Translations under genes and position numbers: made by a program | Notes under the pieces: model-generated | The model's input: only the letters and a program-made list of their open reading frames with translations | Told to the model about the DNA's origin: nothing | Database searches by the model: none | Part shown: positions 1 through 3,900 of the stretch, piece after piece | Position numbering within the stretch: position 1 is the stretch's first letter | How the letters are laid out: every line of letters begins with the position of its first letter | Assembly (NCBI GenBank): GCA_035943555.1 | Contig: DASZCA010000400.1 | Coordinates: 1,883 to 65,882 of the forward strand | DNA: 64,000 nucleotides | Source: Verrucomicrobiia bacterium | Lineage (GTDB): Bacteria; Verrucomicrobiota; Verrucomicrobiia; Limisphaerales; UBA11358 | Direction: 5' to 3'

Positions 1-1
1 G

Positions 2-955
2 GAAGTGGAATTGTTTCTCAACGGCCAAAGCCTCGGCAAAAAATCCATGCCGAAAAATTCCCATTTGCAATGGATGGTAAAATACGCGCCCGGCACGCTC
101 TTGGCGAAAGGTTACACCGGCGGCAAAGTCATCGCAGAAGAAAAAGTAGAAACCGCTGAAGCGCCAGCAACTGTTCGTCTCACGCCCGATCGCACTCGCA
201 TCAACGCCGACGGCAAGGACCTAAGCATCTTCACGGTTTCAGTGACGGACGCGCAAGGCCGGATGGTGCCGGCGGCAAAGAATCCGGTCCATTTTGAACT
301 GAGCGGCCCGGGAAAAATCATCGGCGTCGGCAACGGTGATCCTGCCTGCCATGAGCCGGATATTTATGTGCCGGAATTTCCGGTGCATTCCGTTTCTTTG
401 ACCAACGGCTGGCGCTTGAAGGAAGTTGCCAACGCCCGCCGCAACCAGGCTGAATTTGCCACGAACTGCGACGATGCTTCCTGGACAGCCGCCGACGTGC
501 AATCCGGCGACGGCCAGTTGCAGGAACATCAGCAGGCGGTTTTCCGCGTCAGGTTTCAGGCGGCCGAAAATGATTTGGCTGCGGAAAGCATCCAACTCAA
601 TTTTGAGCGCATTGATGACGACGGTTATGTTTATGTGAACGGTCGGCATGTAGGCGTGACGCACGTCCAACAGATGCCGGCGGCATTTGAAATAAAATCG
701 TTTTTACATCCGGGCGAAAATATCATCGCTGTCGGTGTTTCAAATGATGGCGGCCCGGGCGGCATCAGTGAGGGCGTGAAGCTTGAATTTCGTGACAAGC
801 CCGTCCAACCGCATTGGCAGCGCAGCGTGTTTAACGGCCTCGCACAGGTCATCGTGCAATCCACACAGGAGGCCGGCGAAATTAAATTAACCGCGACCGC
901 AGATGGTTTGTCATCCGCCAATAAAACCATCCAATCAACGCCCGGTGTAAATTGA
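2..955 (+). CDS. Glycoside hydrolase family 2 (beta-galactosidase-like), C-terminal portion; 5' end lies outside the window
   Basis: The frame is open from the window edge to TGA 953-955. The translation (ELFLNGQSLGKK..VRLTPDRTRINADGKDLSIFTVSVTDAQGRMVP..IGVGNGDP) resembles the DUF4982/Ig-like tail that follows GH2 catalytic barrels. A jelly-roll-like segment follows (FERIDDDGYVYVNGRHVG). Family call is from remembered signatures, not a search. Confidence 0.65.
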   Translation, partial: EVELFLNGQSLGKKSMPKNSHLQWMVKYAPGTLLAKGYTGGKVIAEEKVETAEAPATVRLTPDRTRINADGKDLSIFTVSVTDAQGRMVPAAKNPVHFELSGPGKIIGVGNGDPACHEPDIYVPEFPVHSVSLTNGWRLKEVANARRNQAEFATNCDDASWTAADVQSGDGQLQEHQQAVFRVRFQAAENDLAAESIQLNFERIDDDGYVYVNGRHVGVTHVQQMPAAFEIKSFLHPGENIIAVGVSNDGGPGGISEGVKLEFRDKPVQPHWQRSVFNGLAQVIVQSTQEAGEIKLTATADGLSSANKTIQSTPGVN

Positions 956-982
956 ATTGTATTGTTGCTCTAAAAATTCTTC

Positions 983-3900
983 ATGAACATTCAATCCTTC
1001 GCCCCGGAAAAACATTCAACTCAAATGCCCGCGCTGACCGGCGAATTCCAAGGATTTATGATTGGAAAAGTAACAGATAAATGCCGTCGCTGGTTGGCTT
1101 TGCTGCTCATGACATGTTGGCTGCTGAGTTCATTGCGGGTGCATGGCGGCACATGGTCTGCTCTGGCCAACCCGCCGCCGGGCGGGGTCAACAACGCGCT
1201 ACTTTTGAGCGATGGCACCGTAATCTTCGGAGATGGAGGTCAGAACTGGTATCGGTTAACACCGGATATTCACGGCAGTTATGTCAATGGCACATGGATT
1301 CAAACCGCCTCGACGAGCTATACGCGGTTGTTTTATTCATCGCAAGTCCTGACTAACGGGAATGTTTATGTGGCGGGCGGCGAGGATGGCACCGGAACTG
1401 CCCATGCCGAACTGTATGACACGCTGGCCAACAATTGGTCGGTGATTTCCCAACCGTCGGGTGCCAGCTATTCAGATGCCAATTCTAAAATGCTTCCCAG
1501 CGGGAATGTTTTAGAGGCCACCGTAGGCCACGCCGTTTATATTTATAACACGGCTCAAAATGTCATTGTCACCGGCCCGTCTGCAACAGGCAGTCAGGAT
1601 GAAGCCTGTTGGGTCAGGTTGCCCAATGACAACGTCCTGACAGTTGACTTCGCATCACAAAATTCGGAGCACTATGTTCCTTCGTTAAACGAATGGGTTA
1701 CCGACGGAAACCTTCCGGTGGCCGTGTATGGTTATGGCGAAGAACTTGGCGCGGCGTTTGTGTTGCCCAATGGAAAAGTATTTCAACTCGGAGCTACTCC
1801 GCATACCGCCATTTACACTCCGGGCAACAATCTTACCGCTGCCGGTTCGTGGGTGACGGGCGCAGACATCCCAAACAGTTTGGGACAGGTCGATGCACCG
1901 GCGGCTATGATGGCCAATGGCAAGATACTGTGCGCCGTAGGATCGACCAATGGCTTTAATGGGCCAACCTCTTTCTACGAGTATGATTATTCCGCCGACA
2001 GTTTCACGCAAGTGAACGGTCCGACCGGCATCACCTACAACAATGGTCCGTTTGCAAGCACGATGCTTGATCTGCCGGATGGAAATGTTCTCTTCATTGG
2101 CGGACAGGGCACCACCTCGATTTACGTCTATTCGCCCGGCGGCTCGCCACTTGCCGCTGGTATACCTACTATCAGCAGCATCACGGAAAATGCAGACGGC
2201 TCTTATCACTTGGCCGGAGTTGGCCTTAACGGCATTACCGGCGGCGCAGCATATGGTGACGATTGGCAGATGGATACCAGCTACCCGCTGGTGCGCATGA
2301 CCAATAACGCTTCAGGCAATGTTTATTACGCACGAACCTACAACTGGAGCAGCACTACCATCCAGAATCCAAATCCCGTCACAACGGAATTCACTCTTCC
2401 GCCCAACATGGCGGCGGGAACCTATTCACTAGTGCTGACGGCCAATGGTAATGCCTCTGCTCCGACAACCTTTACTTACTCGCCGCTGGCGGCACCATTA
2501 GGATTCAGCGCGGTGATCGGCAACTCTCAACTAGGGTTGTCTTGGAATTCAGTTTCCAATGCTACCGCCTATAACGTGTTCCGCTCCACGAACAGCGGGG
2601 CTTACTATGTAAAAGTCGCCACCATCAATACCTTGAATTACACCGACACGGGATTGTTGAACGGCGCAAATTATTTTTATTTGGTGACGGCGGTTGGCAA
2701 CGGCGGGCCAAGCGCCTATTCAGCGGAGTTAGTCGCCGCGCCGGTAGGGTCGCCAGCGGTGCCGACAGGATTGACGGCGATAGCGGATGGCAATCAGCGG
2801 GTGGACTTGACCTGGAACGCAACTTTGGGGGCGACCAGCTATAACTTAAAGCGCTCACCCATCACGGGTGGAGGTTTTACAACCATCGCCAGTCCCGGTG
2901 GTGCAAGATATACGGATACTAACGCCGTCTCCGGGACAGCCTACTACTATGTCGTCTCGGCCGTTGGGCCAAATGGTGAAAGCGGAAACTCTTCACAGGT
3001 CACCGGCGGGGCGACCCTGCCGCCGCCCTGGATAACAAGCGACATCGGCGCGGTGGGCACTGTCGGCAGCGCGACTTACTTGAACGGCACTTTTACGTTG
3101 AAAGGTTCGGGAGCCGACATCTGGGTCGCGCCCGATGAATTTCGTTATGTCTATTACGCCGTCACCAACAACGGTCCGGCTACTTCCGGCTGCCAGTTGA
3201 TAGCGCGGGTGGCAACGTTGCAAAACACAGACGGTTCCGCCAAAGCCGGCGTCATGATCCGCGAGACGCTTGATCCCAGTTCAGCATTTGCCATGGTGAA
3301 CGTCAAGCCGGGAAGCAACGGTTTTGAGTTTATCACGCGAACGAATGGCGGTTCGCCCGTTCAAAATGGCGGTGACAACGGTTCTGTGCCGCAATGGGTG
3401 GAGATAACGAGAACCAATAATGCCTTCAACGCATACTACAGCGCCAATAGTTCAAGCTGGACGGCGATGGGTGGTGCGGTAGTCATTCCGATGAACAATG
3501 TGTTCTATGTTGGTCTGCTAGTATGTTCGCATAATGATGGCGTGATATGCACCGCGACTCTGGACAACGTGTCCTTAAGCGGAATCGCCGTTCCCACCAT
3601 ACCCGCCGTGCCGTCGAGTTTGAGCACTGTTCCAGGCAATGGGCAGGCAACGTTGTCGTGGAGTCAAAGCACAGGAGCGACTACCTACAGCCTCAAACGC
3701 TCGACGACCAGCGGGTCGGGATACACTACCGTCGTCAGTTTGTTTGCGGGCGGGACAAACGGAATTAGCTATACCGATTCCGGTTTGGCCGCCGGCACAA
3801 CCTACTATTATGTGGTAACCGCAGTAAATGGTTCCTTTGAAAGCGGAAACTCTTCTCAAGTAAGCGCGTTACCAACCGGCCCATTGCCATCACCTTGGCT